From assembly GCA_964016885.1 (NCBI GenBank), contig OZ024743.1, forward strand, positions 376,650,001 to 376,714,000: a stretch of DNA of 64,000 nt, in the 5' to 3' direction. This document shows, one piece after another, positions 44,990 to 60,404 of the stretch. The DNA is from Eledone cirrhosa. Its lineage: Eukaryota. Each line of letters begins with the position of its first letter. Within the stretch, counting starts at the first letter, position 1. The position numbers and the translations under genes are program-made. The notes beneath the pieces were generated by a model. It saw only the letters and a list, made by a program, of their open reading frames with translations. It was not told where the DNA came from and made no database searches.

Positions 44990-45017
44990 GACGTGTCGGG
45001 CTTTAGCCCTTCTTCAG
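44990..45017 (-). ncRNA. Degenerate minimal hammerhead core
   Basis: CTGAAGA-AGGGC-TAAA-GCCC-GACA-CGTC. Confidence 0.55.
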
Positions 45018-45610
45018 GTGTAGAAAATTAGAGATAGGATCACAAATTTAGGCCAGTAATTTTGGCGTGAGGGCTAAGTCAATTTTATCGACCCGAGTAC
45101 TTGTATGTTACTCTATTTTATTGACCTCTGAAGGATGAAAGGCAAAATTGTACTCGGCGGTATTTTAACTCAGAACGTAAAGGGTCGTAACTAAATGCCA
45201 ATCTATCACCCTTGCATAACAACATAATGGTTTCTCATTTTGGCATGAGATGAGAAATTTAGTGGGAGAGGCAACTCGATAATATCAACTGTGTATATCA
45301 CTGGTACTTTATTTTATCGACCTTGGAAGAGTGAAAGCAAAGTTGACTTTGGAAGGATTTGAACTCAGAACTAAATGTCGCAAATCATTTTGTTCGACGC
45401 TCTATCGATTCAATCAATCCACAACCAACATAATGGAACATGATTCCTATTTGCTCTTCTCTCTCTCCTCTCTCACGTTCTCTCCCCACACTGTCTGTTC
45501 TATCGGTTTATCTTACTCTCTCTATTTGTTTCTGTCTTTCTCTGGTTCTATCTGACTGTCTCTCACCTTCTCTCTCTCTATCACTTTCTCTCTCTCTCTC
45601 TCTCCCTCCC

Positions 45611-45679
<69 letters not shown>

Positions 45680-46343
45680 GCCTCTATCTCTATCTATGCC
45701 TCTCTATCTCTATCTCTACCTCTCTCCTACATGCTCTTTCTCCCTTGTTTTCTTCCCCCCTCCGTAGAGGGAAATTTTACCAGAAATATAAAAACTAATT
45801 ACATATTTCTAATATTACATATTTCAATATCCTTATTATCATTATTGATTGATGTTTAATGCTGTATCGACATTTCTACTGCCTTCCTTAACACACTGTG
45901 TTCCACATATAGATATTTATATTATATTCTTAACCACTCTCTGTAACAATTGAGTATATCTCTCTCAGCAGACAACTGCTGCCATGTTAATATGTCTTCT
46001 CATATACTTTCCATAATCAATCATGTTTATAACCATTCTTACTTCACTCATACTTTCTACAATTCTATCACTAACCATAAAACGAAATCTTTTATAGAAT
46101 TAATCTATCTCAACTTCGAGAATAGATCGACCAACTTCTTTCTCTTATAAACTACTTCCAAAGGGTATAACAACATAAGTATATTTATAGATAGCAACAA
46201 AATAACATTAGAATATTCATTTCACAGTTGAAGTATATCTATAGCTATATCAATGTCAAAACAAATATATATAAATATATATGTGTGTACATATATCTAT
46301 CTATCTATCAAGAAACATATCTATCTATCTATCCGTGTGTGTG

Positions 46344-46383
<40 letters not shown>

Positions 46384-46451
46384 TACATATATATATGTAT
46401 GTATGTATATATATATATATATGTGTATATATATATATATATATGTGTATA

Positions 46452-46580
<129 letters not shown>

Positions 46581-46605
46581 ATGTATGTGTGCATATATAT
46601 GTATA

Positions 46606-46675
<70 letters not shown>

Positions 46676-47382
46676 AGCCAACGAAACACAAATAGATAAA
46701 AACCTTCCCTCTAGCTAGATTCATATTTCATTGTCTGCTGCATTCAACGAAATACAGTTAAATGCAAAATGGTAATTTGTAACGGTTGCATTGTTTCTCC
46801 AGTTGCAGGTGTTGAGTTCTCACTTCATGATTATTAACTCTTACGTAGAATTGAAAGTGTCAATACTATATCTCTTTTCATTGTTCCTTGAGAGTTGCTA
46901 TAGTTGTTGTTCACAGATTTGCTACTAAAATGGTTCAATAAGCCAAACAGAAAGTTGTTCTTGACAAGACTAATAATAATTCTATTACAGAGAATGTAAT
47001 AGTCCGACCGTCAACTTCCTATGTTGATTTTGTCGAACATTTGTTTAGACTTTGCCTAGTAGAACTTGATACCATTAAATTAAGATATTTCTACAAGGTA
47101 TATAACCACGACAAATAAATGGAAACACAATCCGGAAAGGTGGCAAAATATGCCATTTTCGTTGAGAAAACCAAACTAAGAGAAGAGAGCATTATAATGG
47201 CAAAAATGACACTGTTTCCCAAGTGTGCTACAATAATATCATGGGTCTATAGATGGTTCGATATATTTCCCCCACCCTTCAGCTCTTTTCTCTCTCTCTC
47301 TCTCTCTTTTCTCTCTCTCTCTCTCCCTATATATATATATCAATCTTTTTCTCTCTCTCTCTCTCTATATATATATATGACA

Positions 47383-47580
47383 GTCAAATCGGACCGAGGA
47401 AACAATGTTTCCATTGATCTTTCCAATTGCTAATACTATCTATCGGTCGCAACTCCAGGTAGTAGGAGCAACGTAAAATAAAGTGTCTTGCCCAAGGACA
47501 TAACGCATCACCCGGTACAGGAATCGAACTCACAACCTCACGATTGAGAGTTCAATTCTCTTACCACTCGGTCACGCGCC
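47383..47580 (-). mobile_element. tRNA-derived CORE-like SINE (family S2)
   Basis: Homologous to 16215-16430. Confidence 0.85.
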
Positions 47581-47647
47581 TTATATATACGCTCTCTCTC
47601 TCTATATATATATATATGTGTGTGTGTATATGTATATATATATGTAC

Positions 47648-47682
<35 letters not shown>

Positions 47683-48154
47683 CTATCTGTCTGTCTGTCT
47701 GTCTGTCTGTATGTCTGTCTGTCTGTATGTCTGTCTGTCTATTTATCTATACATTTGTCTGTCTATCTGTCTATCAATATCTATCAATCTATCTACATAT
47801 TCATGCATTTATATATCTCCCTCTTTCTCTCCCTCCTCTCTCCCTTTCTCTCTTTCTCTCTCTCTCTCTTTCTCTCTTTCTCTCTTTCTCTCTTTCTCTC
47901 TTTCTCTCCTTCTCTCTCTCTCTCCCTCTCTCTCTTTTACTCTCTCTATCTCTCTCTCTATCCTTCTCTCTCTCTCTTTTACTCTCTCTCTCTCTTTCTC
48001 TCTCTCTATCTCTTTCTACCTATCTATATCTATTCATCACACACGGCTTTCCCACACTTTGCCCCTCCACCTCTTTCAGCGCCATTCTCCCCCCTTTCCT
48101 ACACATCACACATCACACGAAACACACACCTAAATACACACACATACACAAACA

Positions 48155-48189
<35 letters not shown>

Positions 48190-49074
48190 TCTCTCTCTCT
48201 CACTCACTCCTTGCCTCACACACGCGCACAAACACTCTCTCTCTCACTCCTTGCCTCACACACATACTCTCTCTCACTCCTTGCCTCACACACATACTCT
48301 CTCTCTCTCTCTCTCCTAGTCCATCTCATCTCTCACTCAATCTACTATGTAAACAACACACATGGGGATTGAGCACCGTCAGAAAAATGGCCGCCGCAGT
48401 AAAGAAAGACAAAAGAGGGGGTGGTGTTTAAGTTGGTTACATTTGTCCAAGAGAGATAACTACTTCTATACATTAGCAAAAATCAACAAACTATAATCCA
48501 TAGCCATTCTGAATTATATTATATTCCGGGCGATTCTAGCCTACGGGGGTATTACTTTGAAATCTTGCCTCATACATTGCTGCTGATGTCTGCCATACAC
48601 TCGCACATACATGTACACATCCATCTTATACAGACCGACTATTATAGTGGTTAATAAAGTGATATGTAGTGAGACAAATAAAGTAAAAGGGACCAGCAAT
48701 TATAAACCACATTATGTCAAAATTAATAATGTTCAAGGAATGTCTATTTATTTATTTATTTATTTGTATATTTATTTATATATTTTTACCTTTATTTTTA
48801 CATATATTTAGCTTTATGTTTATTTTTACAGTTATTTTTACACATTTGTTTAATTTTATATACATCTATTATTTTTCTTGTTCCTTTTCGTTCTTTTCCC
48901 TTCTTTCCTTCTTTCTTTCCTCTCTGTTTCAATATTCATATTCTTATTCAATTACATACATAATAAAACAGGAATATGACGAAGTATTATTATAATTCGA
49001 AAAAAAAAGTCAACTAACATATCCATTAATCTATATATGTGTATATGTATAAATATATATATATATATATTTAT

Positions 49075-49222
<148 letters not shown>

Positions 49223-49322
49223 ATTAATCTATATATATATATATCCATTAATCTATATATGTGTATATGTATAAATATATATATATATATATATTTATAC
49301 ATATACACATATATAGATTAAT

Positions 49323-49397
<75 letters not shown>

Positions 49398-49652
49398 TAT
49401 ATACACATATATATCGAGAGAGAGAACGAGAGAGAGAGAGAGAGGGGAGAGTGAGAGAGAGAGTATATATATATATATATATAGTATTGTGTGTTAGATT
49501 TGCCTACCACAATCTTCGATTTGTCAAGCTATTTAAACGTATGTTATTATTCTAAGGCCCTAACGTATCGCGTGCTTTGCTAACTCATCATTTCATTTAA
49601 GTAGGCCGAATTTACTTGCAAACCGCCAGAGATTCGATTTTACTAAATTTCC

Positions 49653-49723
<71 letters not shown>

Positions 49724-50000
49724 GTCCACCTTAAGTTATATATATTTCTATTGTTTTTGGTTTTTTTTATATTCCCTTAGTGGTTTCAGTCATTAGACTA
49801 GAGCTATGCTGGAACACAGCCTCAAATTCGATCAAATTCATACCAGTACATATTTTATTTTCAAGACTGGTGCTTAATGTATCGACCTCTTCTTTGTTAG
49901 ACCGTTGTCTGATATAAACATAGACACAAATATAATCATAGACACTGACACACACAGACACACACGCGCGCGGAAGATCACTGATGAAGGACTAACTTTA

Positions 50001-50048
<48 letters not shown>

Positions 50049-50234
50049 TATATAAATATATAAATATATATAAATATATATATTGTTATACTTTGGGAGG
50101 GTCTTGTTGCCAATAAGAAACACACGCACCAGTTGCTTTCACTCCATTTTATTATAAATTAAATTATAAATTTAAAAATTTATAAATTTCCGGTTGGTTG
50201 GTTGGTTCCACAACAGGACGGTTGTTCATATATT

Positions 50235-50277
50235 GTCAAAGTTCTTTCGTCACACATGATGTGACCTCTTCAGTGAC
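50235..50277 (-). ncRNA. Type I hammerhead motif
   Basis: GTCA-CTGAAGA-GGTCAC...GTGAC-GAAA-GAAC-TT-TGAC. The element terminus 50081-50126 is shared with 7046-7090. Confidence 0.65.
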
Positions 50278-50341
50278 GGGGATTCTTTTCTTTGTTTTGT
50301 GCCTCTCCTTTGTTCTGTCCTACGCGATCTTGTTTTTCTTG

Positions 50342-50417
<76 letters not shown>

Positions 50418-50656
50418 CTGTAAATGAGGTTGGTGTTAGGGAGGGCATCCAGCTGTAGAAATCAAGCCAAAATCTATGCAAGACATAGTCACCCGACCTG
50501 GCATTGCCCACAACAAGACAACCCGTCTAATCCATGGTACCGTGGAAGAATGGAGGTAAAGCGGTGATGATGATGATATATAGTGGCTTCCAGAATCGGC
50601 ATTGTTATTACTATTGTTGTTGCTGCCTGCCTTAAGATGTAGTGATACATTATGGG

Positions 50657-50703
<47 letters not shown>

Positions 50704-50934
50704 CAGACAGAGAGAGAGAGAGATAACTATAGATAACTATAGATAAGCAAACAGATACATCGATAGATGTACATAAATAGGTTACTGAAGATGGTTAGTG
50801 ACGGTATACAATGTTTTTTTTAAATAATTATTCTCTAAACCTATCCTAGTTGTTTCGTTTTTCTTTTTGTTGGTAGAAAGAAAAAGAGACAGACAGTCGT
50901 TTACATTTACACATACCAAGATACATCCCCGTAT

Positions 50935-51185
50935 GTTGAGCAAGACACTTTATTTCAGGCTGCTCAAGTTCATGCAGCTGTAGAAATGAGTTGCGACATC
51001 ACTGGTGCCAAGCTATATCGGCCATTGCCTTTCCTTTGGACAGCATTGGTGGCATGGAGAGGGGAGACGGTTATGCAGAGGTGATTGTTGGTCTCCCACA
51101 AACAAGCTTGCCTGGACATGTGCCTCGGGAACTTTCTAGCTGCAAATCCCATGGTCATTCGTGATCGGGGGCGGGTCTTTACACT
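50935..51185 (+). mobile_element. 5'-truncated CORE-like SINE with a different 3' tail
   Basis: TTGAGCAAGACACTTTATTTCA shared with family S2, then diverges. Confidence 0.6.
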
Positions 51186-51191
51186 TTACCC

Positions 51192-51247
<56 letters not shown>

Positions 51248-51338
51248 GAAATAAAAAATAAAAAACAACAACACCGGAATAAAAGTTACGAGAGATATCA
51301 GGTTCACGCTTATTGAGATTGGGGGGGGGGGGGAGCGC

Positions 51339-51366
51339 GACGTTTCGGGCATAAGCCCTTCATAAG
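51339..51366 (-). ncRNA. Degenerate minimal hammerhead core
   Basis: CTTATGA-AGGGC-TTAT-GCCC-GAAA-CGTC. Confidence 0.55.
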
Positions 51367-51449
51367 GAGAGTGGTAGGAAGGATAAGGTGGAGGAATAAG
51401 TGGAAAAAAAAATAACACATTAGTAGGAAAATAAAAGTTAAAAACAAGT

Positions 51450-51522
<73 letters not shown>

Positions 51523-51574
51523 TAATAAAAATAATGAATAAACAAAGAAACAGTTCCTTATATTAAAAAATTCA

Positions 51575-51706
51575 TCATTTTACGATCGTTTCTAGGATAT
51601 ATATGTTAGTGTTGGTATGCATATCATATAGATCTATGTAAAATTTTTACAAACTATCAGAAGGAATATACATACCTACACATATATATGTTGTCTTCAG
51701 AAATAA
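51575..51706 (-). ncRNA. Type I hammerhead motif with long stem II
   Basis: TTATTT-CTGAAGA-CAACATATATATG...CATATATATCCTA-GAAA-CGATCG-TA-AAATGA; base of stem II mismatched. Confidence 0.65.
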
Positions 51707-51842
51707 TTAATTTATCTTGACTATTTTCCTGTATTTTTCATCGAAAACATTTTTGAATACATCTTCTCTTTTCATGATATTCGGATTACATTGAGTTCTT
51801 CATACGGATTGGACACTACCGTACATTTTGGTAGATTTATCT

Positions 51843-51890
<48 letters not shown>

Positions 51891-52218
51891 ATGTGTGTGT
51901 GTGTGTGTGCTGTCTCATGATCTGATCTTTTGTTTATCAAAATGCGCACGCTACAGCTTCCATGACAAACCAACAACACACAGTCACACCGAAAGGGAAA
52001 GAATGAGAGCGAGAGAGAAAAAAAGAAAGAAGGGAGGGGGGGGGTCCTTCATATAATTATATAGAGAAGCAGCATTATTATATATCATATAATACTAAAC
52101 GACAACAAAAGCAACTGAACATACATTTTTACACACACACATACATACGTATATACGTACATAAATACCTACATACATACACACACACATACATATATTA
52201 CTATGTGCATACACACAA

Positions 52219-52261
<43 letters not shown>

Positions 52262-53114
52262 CTTTGAAATGGGCAATAGAGATGGTGCTAACTTGTCTTT
52301 CAGTTGTAGCTGCCATACTGATAGAGAAATCAAAGCTATCCACTTAGTTGTGTCAACAGCAGGTAGCAATGATATCACAGTTATCTTCCTTGTTTACTCT
52401 AACAAAAAGAGACATGTTTCTCTCTATTACATTCTGTCTGTTTCACAGCTCATCTCTCTCCACTTAGCAGCTTGTTTAACGATATCAAGTAATTTGATCT
52501 GCCTCTACTTGTTCAACAAACAAACGAACGTTAAATCACAGCAAATATATTTCTTCTGCATTATTGAATTAGCTACATGGAACGAACTATAGAAATTATC
52601 GCTGCCTTTTCAATGTACTTGCTATCATTGTCGTTGCTGGATTGGAACAATCGTTAGAGCGTCGAACAAAATGCTTTGCGGTATTTAGCTAGTCATTCTT
52701 TCCACTCTGGTTTCAAATCCCACCGAGTTCATCTTACCCTTTTATCCTTCTAGGATTTATAATACACCAATTAGGTACTGGGTTCGATATAATCGAATTT
52801 CCCCTTCCTCAAAATTTCTGACCTTCTGCCAAAAGACGGTAGATTGGCCCAGTCGGTAGAGCGACGACCAAATGTGTAACACTATTTCTTCTAGTTCTTT
52901 ACGTTCTGAGTTCAAATAACAGAGTTCAACTGTGCTTTTCATCCTTTCATGGTGGACAAAATAAAGTACCCGTCGAGTACTGTGGTCGATTTAATCGGCT
53001 TTCCCCTCCCGCTAAAATTACTGGTTATGTGCCTAAATTAGAATCAATTATTTTTTTTGGTAAATTGACAGAATTGTTGGAGCCTCGAACGAAGTGCTTA
53101 TATTATATATATAA

Positions 53115-53240
<126 letters not shown>

Positions 53241-53253
53241 TTTTAATATAGAT

Positions 53254-53306
53254 GAGATTCTACAGGACTAGAACTGTTTCATTCTTTAGAAATCATCAGG
53301 AATCTC
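53254..53306 (-). ncRNA. Type I hammerhead ribozyme with full stem III
   Basis: GAGATTC-CTGATGA-TTTCTAAAGAAT-GAAA-CAG(TTCTAGTC)CTG-TA-GAATCTC, 7-bp stem I; partial relative at 43822-43846. Confidence 0.82.
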
Positions 53307-53337
<31 letters not shown>

Positions 53338-53638
53338 AATATATAAATATATATATATTTTTTTTATTTTTTTTATTTTTGCTGAACTGGCAATCGTTCT
53401 GTATAATCACCTCCTCATTATTACTGGAGTTCTATAAGAATCTAATTTCTATAATTTTCGACGGAGGCAGGGGAGTGTGTGGTTCTGATAAATGCCAGCC
53501 AGCGAGAAACAAACTGTCACTCTCCCTTACTTTCGCCGAAAATAAGTAAATGACATAGTTACCACTTTAAAACTAATAGCGAATGGTCTTCTAAATGTTT
53601 TAATTAAACATATTGTCAAATATACTATACATACATTC

Positions 53639-53760
<122 letters not shown>

Positions 53761-53796
53761 GAATGTATGTATAGTATATTTGACAATATGTTTAAT

Positions 53797-53920
<124 letters not shown>

Positions 53921-55336
53921 AATGGATATCAAAGAAGCCATCAAACAAAACCGGGTTATCAAACCTGATTATTATCGATGTTTTGGTTTTGCAGAATTTA
54001 TTTCCATTCATCAAAAAAGAAAAATTAGTTTGTTAAGAATTAATTTAGATACATTTAAATATTATTTAACTGATCAGTCAGTGGCCTGTCTCTTCTCAGT
54101 TACGTGTTGTTTTATATATAATCAATCTATCGGTGTTTTGCTATAGAACTGTTTCAAATATATAAGTCTGAAAAATAAAGACGGCGTTGTGTTGACAGAA
54201 GTATTAGAACGTCAGAATGTTTTGAAGTATTTGTTTCGGCTCTGCGCTTTCTAACTTCAAATCCCACCGAAATCATCTTTGCTTTTCATCCTTTCAAAGT
54301 CAATCAAAAAATGTACCAGTCCATTACTAAGGACGATTTTTCCTCTATGTCACTTTCTCATTTCCTCTCTATCATTCTCTCTCTTTTTCCTTCTCTGGTA
54401 AAAATTGGCTGTGTCCTAACCCGGAGAGGAGATGAGCTCCATCAGGCTTAAAATGCACAGGACCCGCCGTATGTCTCTACGGCACTCCTACGATTCCATC
54501 AGGAGTTACGTGTCCGAACGTATACCTACTTCACACTCGAGAACTAAATTTAATTACCACTTGGTTATGTCTGGTTGTTTAACAGCGTGGTGTTAGACGA
54601 GTTGGAGAAGAAAGAAGAAAGAGATATAGATGAAGTAAGAAAGAGCTAGGAGGAAGTAAGAAAGAGATATATAGGCAGAATCAACCGTAATTTTTTGTCA
54701 ACCTTGAAAAAATGAAAACCAAAGTTGATCTTGACGAGATTGGAACTCAAATAGCGCAGCAGAGAGCCAGAACGGTTACCGACCTTCTAACGCCTCTGCA
54801 GCGTATAATGTGAAATAGGTGTCTATACATTTAAAAACCTTTACTTTTACCTGTTTATTTCTCATACAACATTGTTGGCTTTTATCTTGTTGATGAGATG
54901 TTAAAACAATGGTGGATTTTTTTTTTCACTTCACTAAAATGAAACTTCAAATAGAAATCTATAAAAATTTATTCCAATCTATAAAACTTTATTCCATGTT
55001 CAATTATTCATCTCTTTGAACAACTACAGTCTGATTCCACATCACTGGTTTTAATTACTCATTTAAACTCGGTTGTTTTAATGAATAGATCACACCTGAT
55101 ATGTCCATAGATCTAGCAACCTAGATAACGCCAATAAAAACCACTTTTACTAATTAAATTAATTATTTTAATTCAGTCAGTAATATATGCAAATAAATAT
55201 CAGTGATCCTGAAAATCTGTGTATCAAAGTTGAACACTAAAACATTGATTGGTGGTGGTGGTGGTGGTGGTGTTGTTGGTAGTAGGGGAACGCTGGTGTT
55301 GCTGATCGATATGGTGGGTGAATATCAATTTAGCGA

Positions 55337-55420
<84 letters not shown>

Positions 55421-55423
<3 letters not shown>

Positions 55424-55463
55424 GTTGAAACGGCAAAGAGCTCAGACGTCGGGTTCCGAGACT

Positions 55464-55468
<5 letters not shown>
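55421..55468 (+). mobile_element. Family A arm fragment
   Basis: GCTGTTGAAACGGCAAAGAGCTCAGACGTCGGG. Confidence 0.6.
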
Positions 55469-55502
<34 letters not shown>

Positions 55503-55696
55503 TGTTGAAGGTGTTGTTGTTGTATTCGTAGTTCATGTAATTTGTATGAATATAACAAAAACGTCTACACCTCTACACCTGTAGTGGTTTAGCCAGGCTG
55601 AAAGGACGGATGGGGGCTCTAAGACTTTAGCAAAACCGCCACAACTGGTCAGATATATGTGGCTGGTTGTCATCTTCAGCAGCTGCATGTCTACAA

Positions 55697-55744
<48 letters not shown>

Positions 55745-56152
55745 GTGTGTGTGTAAGGGCCATAATCTTGGCAGACATACACGACTGGTCAGTCAGGGCC
55801 GATGATGTTTACATTACTTTGGTGTTATCATTCAAATGCCATGGCCTTGACAAACTCACAAGACTGGCCTGCCAGGGTCTATGACTTTTTCAGAACCTCC
55901 AAGCTTAGTGTGGTCACGCAAGTCACATGACCTTGCTAAACCTAAAACAGGGACAGTTCTAGTTCTCTTCCGGTACGTACTTTACTGAAATTGGCATTAT
56001 TTAATACTAGCATTTATCTATCTTTGCGATGTACTATCTTTGAAGTTGTCTTAGCGAAGTTTCTCTGCTACATGTGTTATATATGAAATAAATTTGTAGC
56101 TTATCTAACAGTGGTTCTCTTCCATTCCTCTTCGGATAACTATTCTCAGCTA

Positions 56153-56186
<34 letters not shown>

Positions 56187-56206
56187 CATATATATATATT
56201 TATTAC

Positions 56207-56493
56207 AATAACAGATTAAAGTTTAAGCAAAGAATCGCTGCTTTCACCCTTAACGAACCAAAGTATCGTCTTCCTGTCTTCCTTCGGTTGCAACGTTCTT
56301 TGAAATATTTACTTCTGCGTTCACAGATTGACTTTTTTAGTTTCAGAAGATCCCTTTAAGGGTGAAAGCAGCGATTCTTTGCTTAAACTTTAATCTGTTA
56401 TTTTAATAAATATTTGCTATACGGTTCTTCTATATATATTTATCCTTATCGAGCCCTCTTTGGATTTTAGTCTTCGAATTTATTATTATTACT
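56207..56493 (+). mobile_element. TA-embedded asymmetric fold-back element (47-bp arms plus tail) with HHR
   Basis: 56207-56253 is the inverse of 56356-56402. Confidence 0.85.
56339..56389 (+). ncRNA. Type I hammerhead motif (U4>A)
   Basis: AGTTT-CAGAAGA-TCCCTTTAAGGGT-GAAA-GCA(GCGATTCTT)TGC-TT-AAACT. Confidence 0.7.
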
Positions 56494-56653
56494 ATATATA
56501 TATATAAGAAATAGGATTTCGCTTCAAGCATAGCTTTATACAAATATGTATAGAAATTTCGTATTTCTAAAGAAACACGGTTTTAGGAAGCCGTAGCTAT
56601 GCAGACACCGGGGCTAACGCCCTCTGGTGGTGTCCAGCAGAAGAAAGGGGAAA

Positions 56654-56697
56654 ACCGTCTATGCATTTCAGGCTTGACTGGCCTTCGTCAGAACGGT
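56654..56697 (-). ncRNA. Minimal type I hammerhead ribozyme, intact core
   Basis: ACCGTT-CTGACGA-AGGC(CAGTCAA)GCCT-GAAA-TGCA-TA-GACGGT. Confidence 0.85.
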
Positions 56698-56791
56698 CCC
56701 TCCCACCGCTTGCAACTGCTATATATATATATAAAATTATATATATATAAGTATATAAAAGTATAACAGCATTAGCAACAACAGCAACAAC

Positions 56792-56850
<59 letters not shown>

Positions 56851-56989
56851 CAACATGGCTAGCAGTAGCAGCAGTAGCAGCAGTAGCAACATCACAAAAT
56901 AAATGTGAAACCAATATATAATACATCACATGCCGTTAAGTCGATAATCAGCTGCAATTTCATAGATGAAAGTAGGGCAATGATACATT

Positions 56990-58270
56990 AGTTGGTGACG
57001 GTGGTGGCGGTGGTGGTGGTAGAGGTGGTGGTGGTAGAGGTGGTGGTGGTGGTGGTGCTGGTGGTGCTGGTAATGATGCTACTGAGCAGTCGTGGACATC
57101 TCTTATATATTAGTTGATGGGGTGATGGTGGTGGTTGTGATGTCAGTGGTGGTGGTGGTGGTGGTGGTGCTGGTGGTACTGGTAATGATGCTACTGAGCA
57201 GTGGTGGACATCTCTTATATATTAGTTGATGGTGGTGGTGGTGGTGGTGGTGGTGGTGGTGGTGTCAGTGGTGGTGGTGATGGTGTCAATGGTGGGAGTG
57301 GTGGTGGTGGTGGTGGTATCAGTGGTGGTGATGGTGGTGGTGGTGGTGGTGGTGGTGGTGGTGGTGGTGATGGTGTCAATGGTGGGAGTGGTGGTGGTGG
57401 TGGTATCAGTGGTGGTGATGGTGGTGGTGGTGGTGGTGGTGGTGGTGTCAGTGGTGGTGGTGATGGTGTCAATGGTGGGAGTGGTGGTGGTGGTGGTATC
57501 AGTGGTGGTGATGGTGGTGGTGGTGGTGGTGGTGTCAGTGGTGGTGGTGATGGTGTCAATGGTGGGAGTGGTGGTGGTGGTGGTATCAGTGGTGGTGATG
57601 GTGGTGGTGGTGGTGGTGGTGGTGGTGGTGGTGGTGGTGGTGGTGGTGGTGGTGATGGTGTCAATGGTGGGAGTGGTGGTGGTGGTGGTATCAGTGGTGG
57701 TGATGGTGGTGGTGGTGGTGGTGGTGGTGTCAGTGGTGGTGGTGATGGTGTCAATGGTGGGAGTGGTGGTGGTGGTGGTATCAGTGGTGGTGATGATGGT
57801 GGTGGTGGTAGTGAAGGTGGAGGTGGTGGTGGTAGTGGAGGTGGAGGTGGTGATGGTAGTGGTGGTAGTGGTTGTACTGGTGATGATGGTGGTAATGGCA
57901 TGATGTTGGTGGTATAGTGCTGGTGGTGGTGGTGGTGGTAATGGCATGATGTTGGTGGTATAGTGCTGGTGGTGGTGGTGGTGGTGGTGGTAATGGCATG
58001 ATGTTGGTGGTATAGTGCTGGTGGTGGTGGTGGTGGTGGTGGTAATGGCATGATGTTGGTGGTATAGTGCTGGTGGTGGTGGTGGTGGTGGTGGTAATGG
58101 CATGATGTTGGTGGTATAGTGCTGGTGGTGGTGGTGGTGGTGGTGGTAATGGCATGATGTTGGTGGTATAGTGCTGGTGGTGGTGGTGGTGGTGGTGGTA
58201 ATGGCATGATGGTGGTGGTATGGTCGTGATGGCATGGTAGTGGTTGTGTGATAGTGGTGATGTCGGTGGT
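56990..58270. repeat. (GGT)n-derived minisatellites (~65-80-bp and ~42-45-bp units)
   Basis: Units marked by GATGGTGTCAATGGTGGGAGT (57280-57790) and AATGGCATGATGTTGGTGGTATAGTGCT (57894-58210). Confidence 0.95.
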
Positions 58271-58482
58271 ATGGAGAGCTGGACATTTCACAATCTCCCC
58301 GTTATCTTTAGTCTACAGACATATTGTGCGGCAATATCCAGCAATGTCCTCCACTAAATGCTTCAAGCATGTCTACTTATCTCTAATCTAGCTTTCAAAA
58401 TAACTCAACAATTTCTCCAGCTATTGCTGCTCTTTCTTCTTCTTGTTCTTCTCTTTTGTAGTGCTGTTGTTGTTGTTGTTGT

Positions 58483-58516
<34 letters not shown>

Positions 58517-58662
58517 GTTGTTGTGGCTTCTCTCCCTGGATCAAAAGGTGAAGGAGATGTCATCGTCATAACTAGACATAATACTTTCAAAATACATATA
58601 TACACGCATGTGTGTATATATGTATATATCTATATCTATCTCTATATATATATACACACGCA

Positions 58663-58709
<47 letters not shown>

Positions 58710-58766
58710 TCATGTGCATATATAAACATATCAACGCAAATATATCTATATCTACACACATATGTG

Positions 58767-58812
<46 letters not shown>

Positions 58813-58929
58813 CACACAGACACACAGGCACAGACACATAAATATATATCAGTAGAACTATGCATTTGTGTATGAATGCATATGCATAAGTTTATTGAAT
58901 GTAATGAGTGCATATATATATATATTTGC

Positions 58930-59116
<187 letters not shown>

Positions 59117-59137
59117 CACACACACATATATATATAC

Positions 59138-59215
<78 letters not shown>

Positions 59216-59219
<4 letters not shown>

Positions 59220-59306
59220 TAGAGTGTGGTAAAAAAACCAGGTGGACCAGAACCCATCAGAGTACTCGATACTTGGGGTAGTAGAGTGGGTAATAAAAGA
59301 TTATTG
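59216..59306 (-). mobile_element. Family A, diverged tail-only copy
   Basis: GTGTGGTAA...ACCAGGTGGACCA...CAGAGTACTCGATACTTGGGGTAGTAGAGTGGGTAATA. Confidence 0.85.
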
Positions 59307-60367
59307 TATATATATATACATACGTACATACTGCATACATACATAATACATATATATATATAACATGTATACATATGTGTGTGTGCATATATGTATGAAT
59401 ATATATATATATATATATATACACTGATATACAGACATACCTAAACACACGCACATTGACGCACATACACACACTCATACATACACACACTCATACATAC
59501 ACACACTCATACACACACACATACACATACACATACATACACACACACCCATATATTAGCTAAATGACCAATGTCTTTATACGAAATCTGTCGAAATCTG
59601 GGAAACTAAATGGAGAAAAAATAAACCCACAAAAATAGATAAATAAATAAATATTGGTAATTCTTGAGGGAATAGATTCCTGCAAGAGAAGAACTTTGCT
59701 CTTGTCCTTGTTTTTTTTTATATATTTTATTGATGTATTTTTTTTTTCATTATTTTTCTTTCATTTTTACTTATTGAACTTATTTGTTTTATTCACCACA
59801 CCTCAGTGCCATTTCCCAACTCCTATTTCACCCCCATCAATATTGTCACACGTCAATCTTTTTGGTGCTCCTTTATATGAAGGGGTAGATGGGAGGTGTG
59901 CGGAGATATATTTTTCCTTCTTTTGTTTTGTTATTTTTCTTTCTTCCAGCTCATCTTCACCTCTTTCTATTTCTTATGTCTGTTGTTTGTTTATATTCTT
60001 TTTCTCCTTTGTTATCTCTCTCCTTCTTCTCTCTCCTTCTTCTTTTCCTTCTTTTTCCTATCCTTCGTCTTACCATTTTTTTTCTGTTTTTTCTTCCCTC
60101 TTGCTTTCTTTTGCTTTCTCTTCTTCGATGTTGTTGTTGTTGTTGTTCTTCTTCTTCTTCTTCTTCTTCTTCTTCTTCTTCTTCTTCTTCTTCTTCTTCT
60201 TCTTCTTCTTCTTCTTCTTCTAAAGAAGACATCATAAATTGTACTGAGGTATGTATGTGTGTATGTAAAAACAAAGCAGAAAAAACAAAACAAAAAGTAC
60301 AACTAAACGTCTTATATATAATAATAATGATAATAATAATAATAATAATAATTATTATTATTGTTCA

Positions 60368-60404
<37 letters not shown>

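Noticed and set aside
48380-48400. YY1-like AAAATGGCCGCC or a start codon
   Set aside because: Isolated short motif with no promoter or exon support.
52285-52370. Possible short exon (TTGTCTTTCAG ... CAG/GTAGC)
   Set aside because: Weak donor, no recognisable peptide, no partner exons.
55590-55685. Additional hammerhead on the minus strand (CTGAAGA plus a long stem)
   Set aside because: GAAA, stem III and stem I cannot be assigned convincingly.
57201-58291. Gly-rich or Pro-rich structural protein ORFs
   Set aside because: (GGT)n-derived minisatellite open in several frames on both strands, with almost no synonymous variation and no splice or signal evidence.
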